A stretch of DNA of 64,000 nucleotides from positions 30,134,001-30,198,000 of the forward strand of contig CM097885.1 in NCBI GenBank assembly GCA_044892525.1. The letters run 5' to 3'. The notes under the pieces were generated by a model. That model had not been told where the DNA came from. It saw only the letters and a program-made list of their open reading frames with translations, and ran no database searches. The position numbers and the translations under genes were made by a program. Each line of letters starts with the position of its first letter. The first letter of the stretch is position 1. Below, piece by piece: positions 1-14,439 of the stretch. Origin of the DNA: Schmidtea polychroa (taxonomy: Eukaryota).

Positions 1-970
1 TTTACACATTTTCCTACGCTCAAATGTATTACTGATGCCTTTCAATCGACTATGTTTCTGAAGTCTCTCCAATTGCACTTATAACATGAAAACTTATACA
101 CTAGATTTATTTCAAAACATATTGAATGATTTTAAAAATTTTGATACTATTTTAAATAAATTGGAATTGCTTTGTGTTTTCATGACTAAAACACTTAAAA
201 TTTTTAAGCGTTCCGAATATGAAATAACTAAAACATGAGATTGTAAAGGTTCAACATCAAAAAATGATCTGTAATGTTCCTTGTTTCTATTAGCGGTAAT
301 CAAAAGACAATCAATGGTTTACTTTGAATAGCCTTTTTTTCAAAAGAGAAGATATATTTTTCAAACGTAGAAGATACTAACCATGATCTAAAAATCAAAC
401 TCTTAATTATAATTTTATGATATCTAAAATCACAAAAGCTATTAGAAGTAGTGTATAGGCATTTATCCGTTGGAATTCTAATATTTCTGTTTCAAAACCA
501 TTTCTCTAACAAATCTTAAAGGGTAGAAAATAATTAACTTCTTCCACTGCAAACTTTATATTGGAATGAACCGCGTTCATATAATTTTAAAAAGGAAGGA
601 CTTCTTCAGAACTAGAAATTAATGCAAGAATTGGAGGAAAATGTTATCTTATTGCTAAACCATGAACCTGTTGAAAAAAAATGCAACATTAGAAGTGGCA
701 AACTCAACGATTCATGAAATTCAACTTCATCTAAAGTCTGGTCATTTAACTTATTCTCTTTCCACAAATCACAGCAAATATCAATAGTTGTATTTAATGG
801 AACATTTGTAAACAAACTAGTTACATCATAAACCACCATATAGTCAGAAGAATGAGTCGCGACACTCATAATCCTTATAAATCAAAAGTTTTAACAATAA
901 GTCAAGAACCTTAGCTATCTTATACTGTGATGAACCTACCATGGAAACCACCAACCGCAATAGAACATCT
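1..970 (-). mobile_element. Degenerate Penelope-like retroelement (RT + GIY-YIG remnants)
   Basis: Minus-strand peptides LRLVVSMVGSSQYKIAKVL (~890-960), YDVTSLFTNVPL (ORF 612-869), FNAVHSNIKFAVE, and NLVYKFSCYKC...IGET near 60-110. These match PLE RT and GIY-YIG motifs in the expected order, broken by frameshifts. Confidence 0.75.
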
Positions 971-1172
971 TGACCAGGTTACTTTTAAATAATCAAGCAA
1001 ATTGTTTCCTAATGACATTACAAATTTTCATGGTAAAATACTAACTGAAGATATTAAGAAAATGATTATATTATTTGAATCATGTTGACCTAAAGGTCTT
1101 TTTATATGAGACCCATTTCAAGAAAACCACGGGTCTTCCAAGAAGTATTATATTACAAATATTAATCTATAG

Positions 1173-1545
1173 CAGTGGTTCTTAATCTGGGGTACATGGA
1201 CCCCCAGGGGGTCCGCGAACGGGTTCAAAGTGGTCCGCGGCACTATTTACAAAAAATCATAAAAAATATTTTATGTTATCTTGATATTGTAACTAAAATA
1301 ATAAGTAACATTTCTTTACTGTTTTGTAGCATCAAAATTCTAACATTTGAACTTTTATGTTAAATAATTTAAGTCTCAGTAGTAGTATTACTTTTATTTG
1401 AAGCTGAATAAACAGATTTATAAATATTTATTAAAAAGTGTGTGTGTTTTACTATCAATTTATTAATTTTTTACATATGAGGGGTCCATCGGTACCAATT
1501 ATATATTTATGGGGTCCATAAGTTTGAAAAGGTTAAGAACCCCTG
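1173..1545 (+). mobile_element. hAT-type MITE, copy 1
   Basis: TIRs CAGTGGTTCTTAA / TTAAGAACCCCTG; perfect 8-bp TSD ATCTATAG (1165-1172, 1546-1553); near-identical inverted copy at 29522-29893. Confidence 0.93.
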
Positions 1546-1834
1546 ATCTATAGAAAGAGTGTGGCTTTGCTATTTCCCGATACTCGCGGTCATGCATTCC
1601 GAGCTTTATTGGCTTTTCTCAAGGTAAAGGATAACTGGCGCTATCATAGAGTCAGAGATTGGTGTGGTTTTTCTAAAAATTAAAATTTACAAAAATAGCC
1701 GACAATTTCTATATTTGCTTGCTGTATTTATGAAAAGTGGAGACGCGATGAAACAGTTGAAGATTCCCACGGCACTCAACATATTAAAATTCAGGCTCAC
1801 ACGAATAGATTAAAAATGATATTACTGAACTTAC

Positions 1835-2581
1835 TTTTGATTTAATTCTTGCTGTTCCTGATTCAACTGATTTCAATTTGTAAGAATATTTCACAAATTG
1901 AGGCAGAGATTTTCTTTTCAAGACAATCACAATATTTCCATGGCAAAACAAAAGAATAACAAATGGAAGAGAATAAAAAATTATTAAATCTGTTAAATGA
2001 GCAAGCTCAAAATATATCTTTTCATACCGAAATGAACAATGAAATGTTATTGTTCCATCGTCGACATATGTCACTTTGATAGTTGTTAAGAATATCCATG
2101 AACCACTATAAATAAAAGTGAAAATCCAACCAACGACTATGGACTTAATTGCTGTTTGCAAGGTACCGATCCGCCTGATTTTGACACGCCAGCAAATCTG
2201 AAGCCATTTCTCGATTGATGCTTGCAAAATTGACACAATGGAGCCTGTGATTCCCAGATATTGCATGAAAACAACCAGTGAACAACCAACATAATCCAAA
2301 TTCCAATGATCGGGAATGGAAAGAATTTCTGCCATAAACGGAACTGAAACAGAACATAAAAATAGAACATTTGAAACTGCCAATGACATCAAATAGCAAT
2401 TCGTCGACGACCAAAGAGATTTCACTCGTAGAAAAAGAATAATAACTAAAACATTACTGGGAATTCCGGTCAGTAAAACCGGTAAAATCGTACTAATGGC
2501 AACAAATTTGTATAAGATGGAAAAATAGGTAATACGAAAAGTTTCTGAATTATTGACAAACGAAGGAAATGAGATATTCAT
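1835..2581 (-). CDS. Rhodopsin-family GPCR, thyrotropin-releasing hormone receptor-like; first coding exon (TM1-TM5)
   Basis: ORF 1784-2581 has five hydrophobic helices, the motifs TNCYLMSLAVSN and GCSLVVFMQYLGI, an ECL2 Cys and DLIIFYSLPF. A phase-0 GTAAGT donor follows RIKSK (ACTTAC at 1829-1834). The TM6-7 exon was not found in the window. Confidence 0.8.
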
Positions 2582-2870
2582 CAGTAAAATTTTATTTTCT
2601 AAAAATAATGAAAATCTTCTTTTATAGCTAGCTACCTAGTCTAGAGAAAATATTCAATTACTGACCAAAAATGATTTAGTTATGAGCCAGTTATTTTTCT
2701 TTCGGTAAAATATTGGGAAAGTAATTTATTTATTTAGATTGGTGAATTCAATTTAGTTTCCCCTAGAAGATTTTGATTCCTGATGATATTTTTTTAGAAA
2801 CTTTTATTCGTAAGAAAAGTGTTTATTTGAAATTTTTTTTTGGTAAAACACATTAAATAATAATAATAAT

Positions 2871-3260
<390 letters not shown>

Positions 3261-3744
3261 TCCTGGAATTTATTTTCTATTTGAAAATGCTTTTTGACCT
3301 TCTCTTTTATTTCCTCTTTCTTATTTCTCATCATGAGAAGTCTAGTGAAGTCGTATGTGAAATGGGGTATGCTGCTATTTTTCTTACAATTTATTCATAT
3401 GGGTACAGGTCGAACTAATCTCTAGGAGAAGTCAGAGAGGAAGAATTTTATTCTGCTTGACTGAGCATTGATGCTGAGACAAATATTGCTTATCAATGTT
3501 CTATAGCAGGGGTCACAAACACGAGGCCCGCAGCGTTGTATTTTGCAGCCCTCAATGAACCACACAGATATTCTAGTTTAATATCAATAGTTTAAAAGCT
3601 GGTAAAAATAAAAAGTCATCGTGAATTTCTAGTTCTTTTTCTTATCTACCAAAATCCATAAAATTTTCAAAATTCGCAATATCAGTGGATTCATTGATAC
3701 ATAATAATGAAAAAAGAGAAATATCGGAGAGTAACATATGCTTT

Positions 3745-3930
3745 GCATTATCAGATATCGATGATTCGTCGATGAATTGTATTATTTGAGAGAACACAGT
3801 CAAAAGTATGTCTTGCCTTATTGCCTATCGTTACTTCTACCATTATATTAATTTCAGGCTTGATTAAATTTTCTCGAATCGTCTCCGCTGCACTGCATTT
3901 CGCAACTATAAGCAATCGCAATATGCAATA
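3745..3930 (-). pseudogene. hAT (Buster/ZBED5-like) transposase fragment
   Basis: Peptide AETIRENLIKPEINIMVEVTIGNKA...LSNNTIHRRIIDI aligns by eye with AHTIGETLLLPVAKDIV...LSNNTVKSRIDDM of the transposase at 58396-59262. Confidence 0.65.
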
Positions 3931-4669
3931 ATTCTTCTTCTTTTCGTTCCATAGGAGCATTAACAATTCAACTCTATCCAGTAAAAAACGTTCCAATAAA
4001 GAGACCCAACTTGGTTTAGAAGTCCAACAACTACGATAAACAATTGAGTAAAAAGCCGAAGAAATTAAATAGTTATAATCAACCTGGTCAGCACCTAATA
4101 AGGCATCGGCTCCTCCAACGAATACGGTCCAAGCCACAGTTACTCCGACCTAGGAGTCTTATATCTACTTCAAGCCAAATTTGGACGACCTAAACTTCCA
4201 TGTGGACCCGCTTCCGTGAAAGAAATTTTTGAAGTTTAAGCATGTACATACGTCAATGTTTTTTTGTAATTTTATATGTGGTAATTATCAAATCTTTCAT
4301 GTCTTAATTATTTGTTATTGTAATAGTGGTAGTACTTTCAAGTAAATTGTTTCTTTTCCGTAACATAATAAGAAAGGAATTCCTGACGGTTTCGTTTCAC
4401 TCATTTCATGGTAAGAATTAGTTTATCCCCCGTAACATACAGTAAACCTAGTTCGGCATAGTAACCAATCGAACATAGGTTGGCACTATTTCGACACTTA
4501 ATGAATGATTAGCTTTCTACTTGGATCGGTAGATTCTTTTGAAAGTCATCACCAAATCGGACCTTGCTATTTGCTTTAGGCGTAAAACCTTCTATCGGCA
4601 GTCCTAATAGTTGAGACGTATATGGGTCGAGCAGTCGGATTAAGCAAGCTCACTTTCGACCATATATAC

Positions 4670-7313
4670 CAGGGCTGGCAAAAGCGTCGACCGCGGTCGA
4701 CTGGTCGACCGTGTAGCTATCGAAAGTAGCCCGCTAGCACTATGGAAAATTGCATATAAAAATCAGTTTTTTATTTATTGAATTTCTAACTTTATAAACA
4801 TATTTAAAATAAGTTTCGATTCATATGACAAAAAAATTCCAATAAGAAACATAATATTAGTCAGATAACACTCAGAGTGTAGTAAATTTTTAGTTTGAAA
4901 TTCAAATATATACAGTTAGCTAATAATCAGAATAAATTTCATGTGTTTGAACAAGTAGGCCATAAAATAAAAGCAAAACATTGACGCTACAATCTTCGAT
5001 AAGGAATAAAAAAATAAAAAACAACCAAAATAAAATACAACAAACGTGTGTTTGTCTATTTCAATTTTGAAATCAAATTGTTTTCGTTAGAAAAATTTGA
5101 AAGCTTGAAGTATTCAGTATTGAATAATACCTGCTTATAATATTAATTTCAAAATTTTTTTATTAAAAAAAATTCTTTATAAAAGTTAACATTTTTAATT
5201 TTTGAGTATGTAAGTGTGTTTAACATTAATTTTCATATTAAATTTATTTTAGCTTTTATTATTTTCTTGTTTTAGCCCCAATGACACAACCGGCCAAAAA
5301 AACTAAAACGTACCATTATAATACTGAATGGGAACAGGAATTTTTTTTCATAATGATGAAAGATAAGTGTGTTTGTCTCATTTGTAATTCAAATGTAGCA
5401 CTACCTAAAAGAGCTAACGTTGAACGACATTTTCGAACAGTGCACAAACAGTATGAAATTGACATTCCGAGGTACGAAAAGACAAAGTCAAGCAGTTAAA
5501 GTCTCAATTAGGTGCACAACAAACTTTTTTTACGAAATTTAACTCAAAATCAAAAACAGCTACCCTAGCATCATTCAAGGTAGTTAATATTTTGATGAAA
5601 CATAAAAAACCTTTTGGAGATGGCGAAATATGGAAACAGGCGTTTATTGAAGCTGGTGAAGTGTTATTCAAAGATTTTAAAAATAAATCCGAAATAATGG
5701 ATTGTATCAACAATATGTCATTGACGCGCAATACTAGCACGCAAAGAATGGTGGACATTAGCAAAAACTTGGAAGATATTTTGCGGCAAGATATTCGAAA
5801 ATGCCGCTTTTTCTCTTTGCAATTTGATGAATCTACAGATTTCACTGATACTGCGCAACTATGCATCTTCATTCGAATGGTTTTTGATGATATGTCAACC
5901 AGAGAAGAATTATTGACTATTCTTCCAATGAAAGGACAAACAAGGGGTCAAGATATTTACAATTTATTCAAGTCTTTTATAAGTCGCACCCATTTCCCGA
6001 TTCACAAGTTGGTATCAATTACCACGGATGGAGCTCCGTCTATGATCGGAAAACATGTCGGATTTGTAACACTTTGCAAAAATGATGAAGAAATTCCCAG
6101 TTTTCATTCGTATCATTGCATTATCCACCAGCAAACCTTATGCTCCAAAGTGTTGAACTCTAACTATGTAATGAATATTGCGTTTAAAATAGTAAATTCG
6201 ATACGTGCAAGAAGTCTACAACGACGTCAATTTCGAACTTTGCTTGAACAATGTGAAATTGAAAATACTGAATTATTGTTACACACGGATGTAAGATGGC
6301 TTAGCCGTGCAGCATTTTTAAAACGATTTAGAGATCTTTTGCCCGGAATAAAACAGTTTTTGACTGGAAGAGAAGAATTATATCCCGAACTGGAGGATAA
6401 AAGTTGGCTGATAAATCTTGCTTTTCTTTGCGACATTACAGAGCACCTGAATAAATTAAATTTACAGCTTCAGGGGAGACACAAATCAATTCTTGACATG
6501 ATAACGACAGTAAAGACGTTTAAAGAGAAACTGTCCTTGTTTGTGCGTCAACTAGAACGGGGTGATTTGAAACATTTTAAAAACATGGAAGAAGAATCCA
6601 AAAATGCGCCAGGAATTCTTTACGATAAATATACAAATCAAATTACTACCCTTTTAAATGAATTTAACACACGTTTCGCAGATTTATCTAAAATTGCAAA
6701 TATTGCTATGTTCATGTCATTCCCGTTTAATGATGTTATTGATACAGAGGAGATCGCTACTCAGATTAATGAATTTCTGGATTCAGATTCAGCTTGCTTA
6801 GAAGATAAGATAATAGCGTTGAAAAGCGACATTTACTTAAAATCAAGAGCTACAACCGAAGATAATTTTTGGAATCTTATTTCAGAAGAAAAATATCCAA
6901 TTTTGCGGAGAGTAGTTGGATATATGTCCGCATTTTTTGGATCCACCTATCTTTGTGAATCAGCCTTTTCTTCAATGAATGTCATTAAAACAAAACATCG
7001 ATCTTGTTTGACAGATGATCATTTGGAATCATGCTTGCGGATCGCCATAAGCTCCTATTGCCCGAAATACGAAAAACTTGCTGATAAGATGCAGTGCCAC
7101 GTATCAGGTGCAAGTAGTAGCAGTAAATAATATTATATTAAGATATGTTTACGTTCTAGTAAAGTATTATAAGTTTTTTTCAAATTTGTTTTGTATTTAA
7201 ATAGAATAAATAGAATAACTACAGGTAACAATTGAAAATAGTTTTTCTGGTAGACCGCCAGATTTAATTTAGTTAAAAGTCGCCCGCAAGACTTGAAAGT
7301 TTTGCCACCCCTG
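4670..7313 (+). mobile_element. Full-length hAT DNA transposon (Buster/SPIN/GTF2IRD2-like)
   Basis: TIRs CAGGGCTGGCAAAA / TTTTGCCACCCCTG; 8-bp TSD ATATATAC (4662-4669, 7314-7321); transposase inside. Confidence 0.95.
5281..7130 (+). pseudogene. hAT transposase, single frameshift near 5470
   Basis: N-terminal zinc finger CVCLIC...ERHF..H (5281-5470), then a second frame with SLQFDESTD, TDGAPSM, HCIIHQ, VRWLSR and FGSTYLCESAFS to the stop at 7130. Candidate 5' intron GTAAGT...TTTTAG at 5210-5276. Confidence 0.9.
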
Positions 7314-9051
7314 ATATATACCACCGCTGTATACAACATCAACGCGTCTCATCCACGCGGGTATGGAGTTGGTTCTTGTAAATAGTCGCTTTTGGCGTTG
7401 TAGACTTTACTTCCGAGGTAAACTATTCAACCCTAGCGATAACGTATTTAAAACTGATCATCTTCTGAGTCAAGTTAGGTAAATCAACCTAGAACGGCAA
7501 CATTTTCATTTGTTAGATTTTCAAAACAAAAAATGCAAAGTGAAAAAGGTACTTTTTCATCTCTGGTTCATAAAATTCAAATTTAAGATATTCTTTGTCA
7601 TACTTGCAAGTTTTCTATGCTTTTTTCTCAATATTTTCTTTCAGAATTGAAGTTGATTCACCCTCTTTAATTTCATTATTATTTGTTTGTTGATTATTAT
7701 CGCAATTACTGTTTTTTTCGATATAAAAGTGTCACATTTCAACCAACAATCCACAATCTTGAATGTTAAGGGTAAAAATTATATTTAACATAAATTATCT
7801 ATAATTACTACCAAAATCAATGAATCATATAACAAACTTTTTCTATTAGAAAAATCGAACGAACGACAAAAGTGCTCATTGGAATATTTTGTGTACCACT
7901 AGTGTCTGGGTCATGAGAAAGGATGTAATAAGTATTAGCGCCTGGCGATGCCACGACTACACATACATACAAAAGCACACATACACAATACTTATAAGTT
8001 CCGAAGTTTTTTATTATTTGTTTGTATAAACCCATGTGCTGCTTATATCCCCACCAAACGTTTCCTGTACCCCATGGTTACGCGTATCACACTTTGAAAA
8101 CACAAATCATGTTCTAAAGTAACGATACGACTATTTCGTATTTAAATTTTCAGTTCAATTTAAGTTATATTAATTTTTTGAAATATGTCTGATAAGAATC
8201 CAAAACAAACCAAATTGAAAATAAGCCCTTTTAAATTGAATCTGCTATAAGGCAAAATATGTGAATAATGCGAATAATTTGTGAATAATTAAATACACCT
8301 TGATATGATTAAATACGCTTTTTAACTCTCATCCAAAATTATTTCCAACATTCTTATCCAAACTATGTCAAACGGATGTGACTCAATTTATATTTCCATA
8401 TAGTAGATTTGATTTGGAAATGGTGTAAGGTAATCACACTTAGTCGACTGATAACAGATCATGAATACGACATGGTAAGTTATTGTAATGTCCTATGACC
8501 GTAGTCATTACCCAAAGTTAGTAATTTTTGTAATTCATTTGTAATTCATGAACTAACCACTTTTTTATTTAATATAAGATGTTTTCTGCATTCCTGTCTT
8601 TATTGCCGCTATTACTAAAATTTTATCGAAGCCCATTTTCAGTATTTTTATTAATTAAAAATGGTAAATTACATTCATGGGACTTTTTCATAATTTATAA
8701 AAATAAGTTTCTTTGAATTTCTATTTATTCCTGCCCTTTGCAGTCAGCCATTTTAGTATTATAGTTAAAATTATCAAAATAGAAATTAATAAAGTTCAGT
8801 TTCATGAAATATTTTAAAATCAATTTAAAAAAATATATCTTTAAATTTATTTTCAATTATGTTTTAATTTATTTTAACTGAATTTCATAATTTTTTTTAA
8901 GTTTTGGCTATTAAAATAATGCTAAATTAAATATGTAAAATATTTAGATAACTTATCTCGTGAAATATTAAGATTAAAGGGTTTACATGTTGTTTAAATT
9001 ATTGTGACGTTAAAGTTTATTTTTCAAATTATTATATTTCAAAACTTTGAA

Positions 9052-9408
9052 ATGACGGGATCAACTCCAAATTTATCAGTTTTAGGTATTATATCAAATT
9101 TTGCCAATGATTATGTCAAAACTACTCCTAGAAGATTGAAGTTAATTGATTCGTATATGCTATATGTATTATTAACTGGAATTGTTCAATTTCTATATTG
9201 TTGCATTGTTGGAACATTTCCTTTTAATGCATTTTTATCTGGATTTATTTCATGTGTAGCATCATTTGTTCTAGCCTCATGCTTAAGAATGCAAATCAAT
9301 CCTCAAAATAAAAATGATTTCTCTGGAATATCACCAGAAAGAGCATTTGCTGATTTTCTCTTTGCTCATGTTATTTTGCATCTTGTTGTTATGAATTTTA
9401 TTGGGTAA
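9052..9408 (+). CDS. DAD1: Oligosaccharyltransferase subunit DAD1/OST2 (defender against cell death 1)
   Basis: 118 aa from ATG 9052: [68 protein letters not shown]. Intronless CDS; AATAAA at 9416-9421. Confidence 0.97.
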   Translation: MTGSTPNLSVLGIISNFANDYVKTTPRRLKLIDSYMLYVLLTGIVQFLYCCIVGTFPFNAFLSGFISCVASFVLASCLRMQINPQNKNDFSGISPERAFADFLFAHVILHLVVMNFIG

Positions 9409-9959
9409 TTGAATTAATAAAAGTTTATTTGTGGTACATTTTAATGTCTGGTTTTTTATTTGAAAACCAAAAGCTTTACGGTGCAAAATTATATTTATGG
9501 AGTTAGAATTTTATAAAAATAAAAATTTAAGTTTATTTAAAATTAAAATAGTATTTTTTTATATAGGTTATAGCAAAGAATAATTTGCAAGTTATTTAAT
9601 GTAAATTTTTGTATGATAAACAATATTAAATTGAAGTTAAGAATAAGCAAAATAAATAAGAATTGATTATTTTCTTCAAACAGCCTCATTTTCACAAAGA
9701 ATTTTGATAAAAGCGAATATGGTTTGTGCTTGATATTTGATAAATGAAGTATAAAATTCTAATCTAGAAATTTTGGTATTTTATAAAAGGAATCCTAATA
9801 AATTTCAATCACATAATTATTTCGATTTCTGACCTCATCTTATTTTTTTATTCACATTAAGAGGGCTAAATGAAAGAGACTGACTGAAACATCCACTTGT
9901 AATTTCTCATTTATGTCTGGGAAATTCATTCTCGATAAAGGTGGACAAAATCATTCAAT

Positions 9960-10745
9960 TGATTATGTTGGGCAGAAACTGATTTTAGACCCAAGTATAG
10001 ACATCGTGATGAAATGCATCGGAACGCAACATGCTGACATGGCGCTAAGTCGAATTAAATTAAAAACAAGTCAAATAAACGAAATTAATAGAATTTACAT
10101 CACACCAAAGTAATAAATTTAAATTTAAAGAAAAATCAAACAAGGCAAAAAGTATTACATGAAACTCACTCCAACACAACAGCAGAGCCTATGCAATGAT
10201 AGGCCGTTCCTCAATGAGAGTAGCCCTGGACCAAGGTCCGCGTCTGGAACAGTAGTTTCAGGATTGAGCCCGATCGAAGCAGGCATCCAGAGTCGTCAAA
10301 CACAGACATGCGCACAATCGTTGTGATCAAATTGGAGCTAACCCTGAATCCGGCTATGTTTATGTGTACACAAGCCGTGAATGAAAGACCATATCAAGGC
10401 TGGGGTGGGTCGAACGAGACATAGCAACTGGCTTCATCGAAGACATGGATGGTAAGTTTTTATGCGACCAAGGTAAAGAGTTGGCGGAACTCCAAAATCT
10501 AAATATAGTAATACCAAACTCGATCGCTTGGAGATATGAGGAACCGACAAGGAACCGTGGTCATCGCTGTAAGATGAGCAAAGAGTGATATTTCGCTTAA
10601 TAACTTGATGAGATATCTATGGAGTTAATTTATTAATTAAGAAAGAGTTGCATTAAAGTTTAACTTGGTGAATGGATGTGAGGATTTACTGTGTACTGAT
10701 GTTGCCTTGTACGTGAATCTTAACTTAATAGTTGCATAATAAGTT
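9960..10745 (+). mobile_element. Possible highly decayed gypsy pol remnant
   Basis: GC-richer island; GTQHADMALSR resembles the RNase H-end H-x-NADALSR motif and RVALD resembles an integrase start; no intact frame. Confidence 0.35.
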
Positions 10746-12199
10746 CAATTAAAAGTAGGAACACAATAATTCTAAAATAAATGGGATCATTAACAACGAT
10801 AAACAACGAGAAACGATAAACAAGCAAAACGACAACAGGCATCTAAGAAAAAAAACGCCCGGGAAAGTCGAACGAGCATGGCTCAAGATATATCTAAAAT
10901 CGATTGCAACCAAAGACCAGATTTGATGAATTCTATTGTGACATTGATTTCCTCGTAATAAATACATTCATGTGTCAGACGTTTATTTCTGTTCTTCAGT
11001 AAATGAGTAATAAGAGCCAAATTGTAGTTGAAAAATTATTATTAAAGAGTGGTCCTAAACGAAAGTTGGACACAGACCTTCTATCAGCAGTCCACGAACC
11101 CGCTCGATTACTTGCCGATTATAGTGTACAATAGTACTCTCGATTTTCGCTGGTACTCACTCACTCGTTGCAGTTCCAACGTTGATCACTTAACGGGTAT
11201 CGAGTGATACAGTGTTCTTGTATTCTGCACGAAAGGGTAAAATATGGATTACCTGTAAACCACCTATTATTTTTATTTCACCTGTGACTGACTAAGTCTA
11301 ATGTGAATTAATAAAATTTATTTACGGTTTGATCGTCCAAACACTACTCAGTGCTGCATCCAAACAGTAAGCAAAGAATTACCTTGAATTACCTTGCAAA
11401 ACACTTTAATAATGTAAAAATTTTCTTCTATGTAAATATAAAAAATTAATTTATAATACACCAACCAGTAATTGATATTCGTCTAAAGGACATTGATTTA
11501 GCTTTTTATAATATAAATATTAACTTACCTATAATACATGTGTGTGTCATAACCAGAACTGACATTGAATTAGATTTCTGACATTAAAAAGGCTCTTACA
11601 CTATAGAAAGATAGAAAAAGTCCTTGTTAAAGGAAAAATAAATAAATTCACACAATCATGGTTCACAAAATTACTATAATAAAAATACACACAATAGGAC
11701 ATTGATTAAGCTTCTGGACATTTAATAAGCTAAAAATTTCAATTTTAAATCGAAATATAAATATATATGATTATATATCGGATGCTTCTTCGGAATTAAT
11801 TATTTCCAGCTCAAGAAATCCATAGAAATGTGTAAGTTTCTCATTAAATTTTAGTTAAACCTTTCTATAAAATAACCATAAATAATAATAAATGATTATT
11901 AACGCAATGGAAAAACAGTCACGAATTTTACGAAATTGGCCATATGCTTTGAACCGGAAAGAAAACAGTGATGTGTTAAAATAAAATATAAAATCTGAAA
12001 TTTAATTAATAAATTAAATAAAAAATAACTTACCTTTTTTATCATAAATTTATCATAAAATCTAAAAGATAATTTAAAATAGTTATATTAAATGAAAGAA
12101 AATCACAATAAATCATTTAAAATATATAAAATTTAATATTAATATTATAGCCAAAGCCAAGCTCAAATTAACTTATTTAATATTTATAAAATGAATATA

Positions 12200-12780
12200 C
12201 AGTAAACCCTCCAAATGCGCGGTTTTTCATTGCACGGTTTCGCAATTGCGCAGGCAAGTTTTAAATACCAAAATTTTTATCTGCGCGGTTTTTTTGCTGT
12301 TTTTGACAAAACAAATCATGTTAATTTATATTGGCGAATCATACAATTTTTGAAACGAAAAATAGTGATTCCACGTATTTCGATGCATATATACTTTTTA
12401 TTTAAAAAAAAATATTGACAGTTTCATTTTTCTAGTGATAGCGTTAGGATGAGGATGTGAAATTACATAATTATAAGTGTTTGTTTAATTAAAAATATAT
12501 ATTTAATTATATTTAAATTATATTTAATTTTTATTTATGTTTATATTCTTTATGTATAAGTCGTTGAATTTAGACTGTTTTCTATAGTTTTTATGTTTAT
12601 ATTAATGTAAATATGTATATTAGTCGTTGAATAAAGACTTTTTATTATATTTTTTGCAATTTTTCTAATATCTGGAACCTAACTCCATAATTACATATAA
12701 AATCGGGTTCATAGTGCGCGGTTTCGGTTTGCGTGTTGTTTTTGTAGAACGTATCTGCCGCGCAGTTGGAGGGTTTACTG
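12200..12780. mobile_element. pogo/Tigger-type MITE
   Basis: TIRs CAGTAAACCCTCCAAATGCGCGG / CCGCGCAGTTGGAGGGTTTACTG, flanked by TA on both sides. Confidence 0.88.
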
Positions 12781-14439
12781 TATCTTCTTATTAAAATATC
12801 TTATTACTTTTATTTATTATAACTGTTATGTATCAATATAAGTATATATTATTACGTGTTCTATTTATACTTAAAAATAAAATGTAATTTCTTAGTACCT
12901 GTTTTATAGTTTATAATGAAAATATATTGTCGGTAAATTCATTAAAGGCGCCAAGAAAATATTTATATCAGGGCGCCATGACCCATAGGACTAGTACTGC
13001 CTCTTCTACTATTCGAACATATCTAATTTGAATCTTTTTCATTTTATCAGAAGTAATTCTCACTGGAATTTTGATCTCATGGCCAGTCAAAACGAGTTTA
13101 TAGGCTTAAAAATACTATTAATTTTATTACTTTTTATCTTTGGTAAATCAATTATTTAATAAATTTTTTAAATTATTTTTTTAATTATTTGTTCATTTAT
13201 TAATAATTATTTTTTATTTATTTAATAATTTTGATTTCTGATATTGTCATACCAGAGTCTGGTAACCAGACAATAATTGCTATTTCAAAGAGCGACCAAC
13301 GTCCACTTAAGGATTTTGCATTTGAAGCTAGTAATTTGATATTAATCATACTGATTATATTGTTAAGGACCACGATTTGTAAATGACGACCTTCTCAGTA
13401 ATAAGTATTATTCTCTAAACCTTTGTCTATAAGTATTTTTAATTACTTTTCTGAAGATTCGCAGTTTAAGAATAGATAAAGCGTAAAATAATTACTTCCA
13501 TTTCAGACAAAATTTGAAAAGTGAATTCAACTAAAAGAGTGAGGATATAATCCTTAGGGTACGCTGTTATATACATTTTGAGAATGATTCATTGTGATAA
13601 TGTCAATTATGACAAATAGACTTTCGAAGATACAGCCGGGCTTTTGGATTATATGCTGAGTGGAAATTTAATTTCTCCGATGAAACCACAAGAGGATTAA
13701 AGTGATAAAATATTGTCCATATCTTAGAATTCCTCTCTACTCATTGATATGAATTTAAGTTCAACATTTTTAGTAACTGTTCACTTCAATTAAAGTTTCC
13801 ATCTTTGATAATTATTTATATATAAACTCCAAAGGCAAAAATAAAAATTTTACTATTTGTGGGGTTCAATGAGATAAGCACAAAGACGAGGTGAAAATCA
13901 ATAAAAACATCAAATTCACAATAATATTTTAAAGTACAAAAATATTAATTTAAAAAATCAAAAAAAAGTGAATATTTTTCGGGGGAACTGATATCTACGG
14001 ATGCCGAACAATGAGACGATTTCAAATATAATAAAAATAAAGTTAATAAAATAGCTAATAAAATAAATCTTGTTCTATTTACTCTCAGCTCTATTTTATG
14101 AATATAGATCTTTGTTTGGTCGATAGATATAACTTCAATCATGTTTATAAAATGAACTGGATAAATTCATTGTGTCTGTGACATGTGAGTGTGTGTCTAT
14201 GATCTGTGTGTCTGTGACATCTGTGTGTGTGTGTCTATGATCTGTGTGTTGGTGAAAAGGGTGTTTGTTAATATAGTATTAGAGCTGTATTTACACCTAA
14301 CCGCGAAAGTTAACATTGTCTATAATATACGTTGGTGTGCACACCACCTGAGGTGAGTCACCAATTATATGACAATGTTAACTTAATTTCATTTTTTCAA
14401 TTTTTCAAAAAATTGTTTTAAGGTAAGTTTTTGAATTGA

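Noticed and set aside
13220..14142. Possible membrane-protein gene on the minus strand (ORF 13945-14142 plus downstream frames)
   Set aside because: Frames are short and stop-ridden with no recognisable motif; the hydrophobicity is explained by T-richness.
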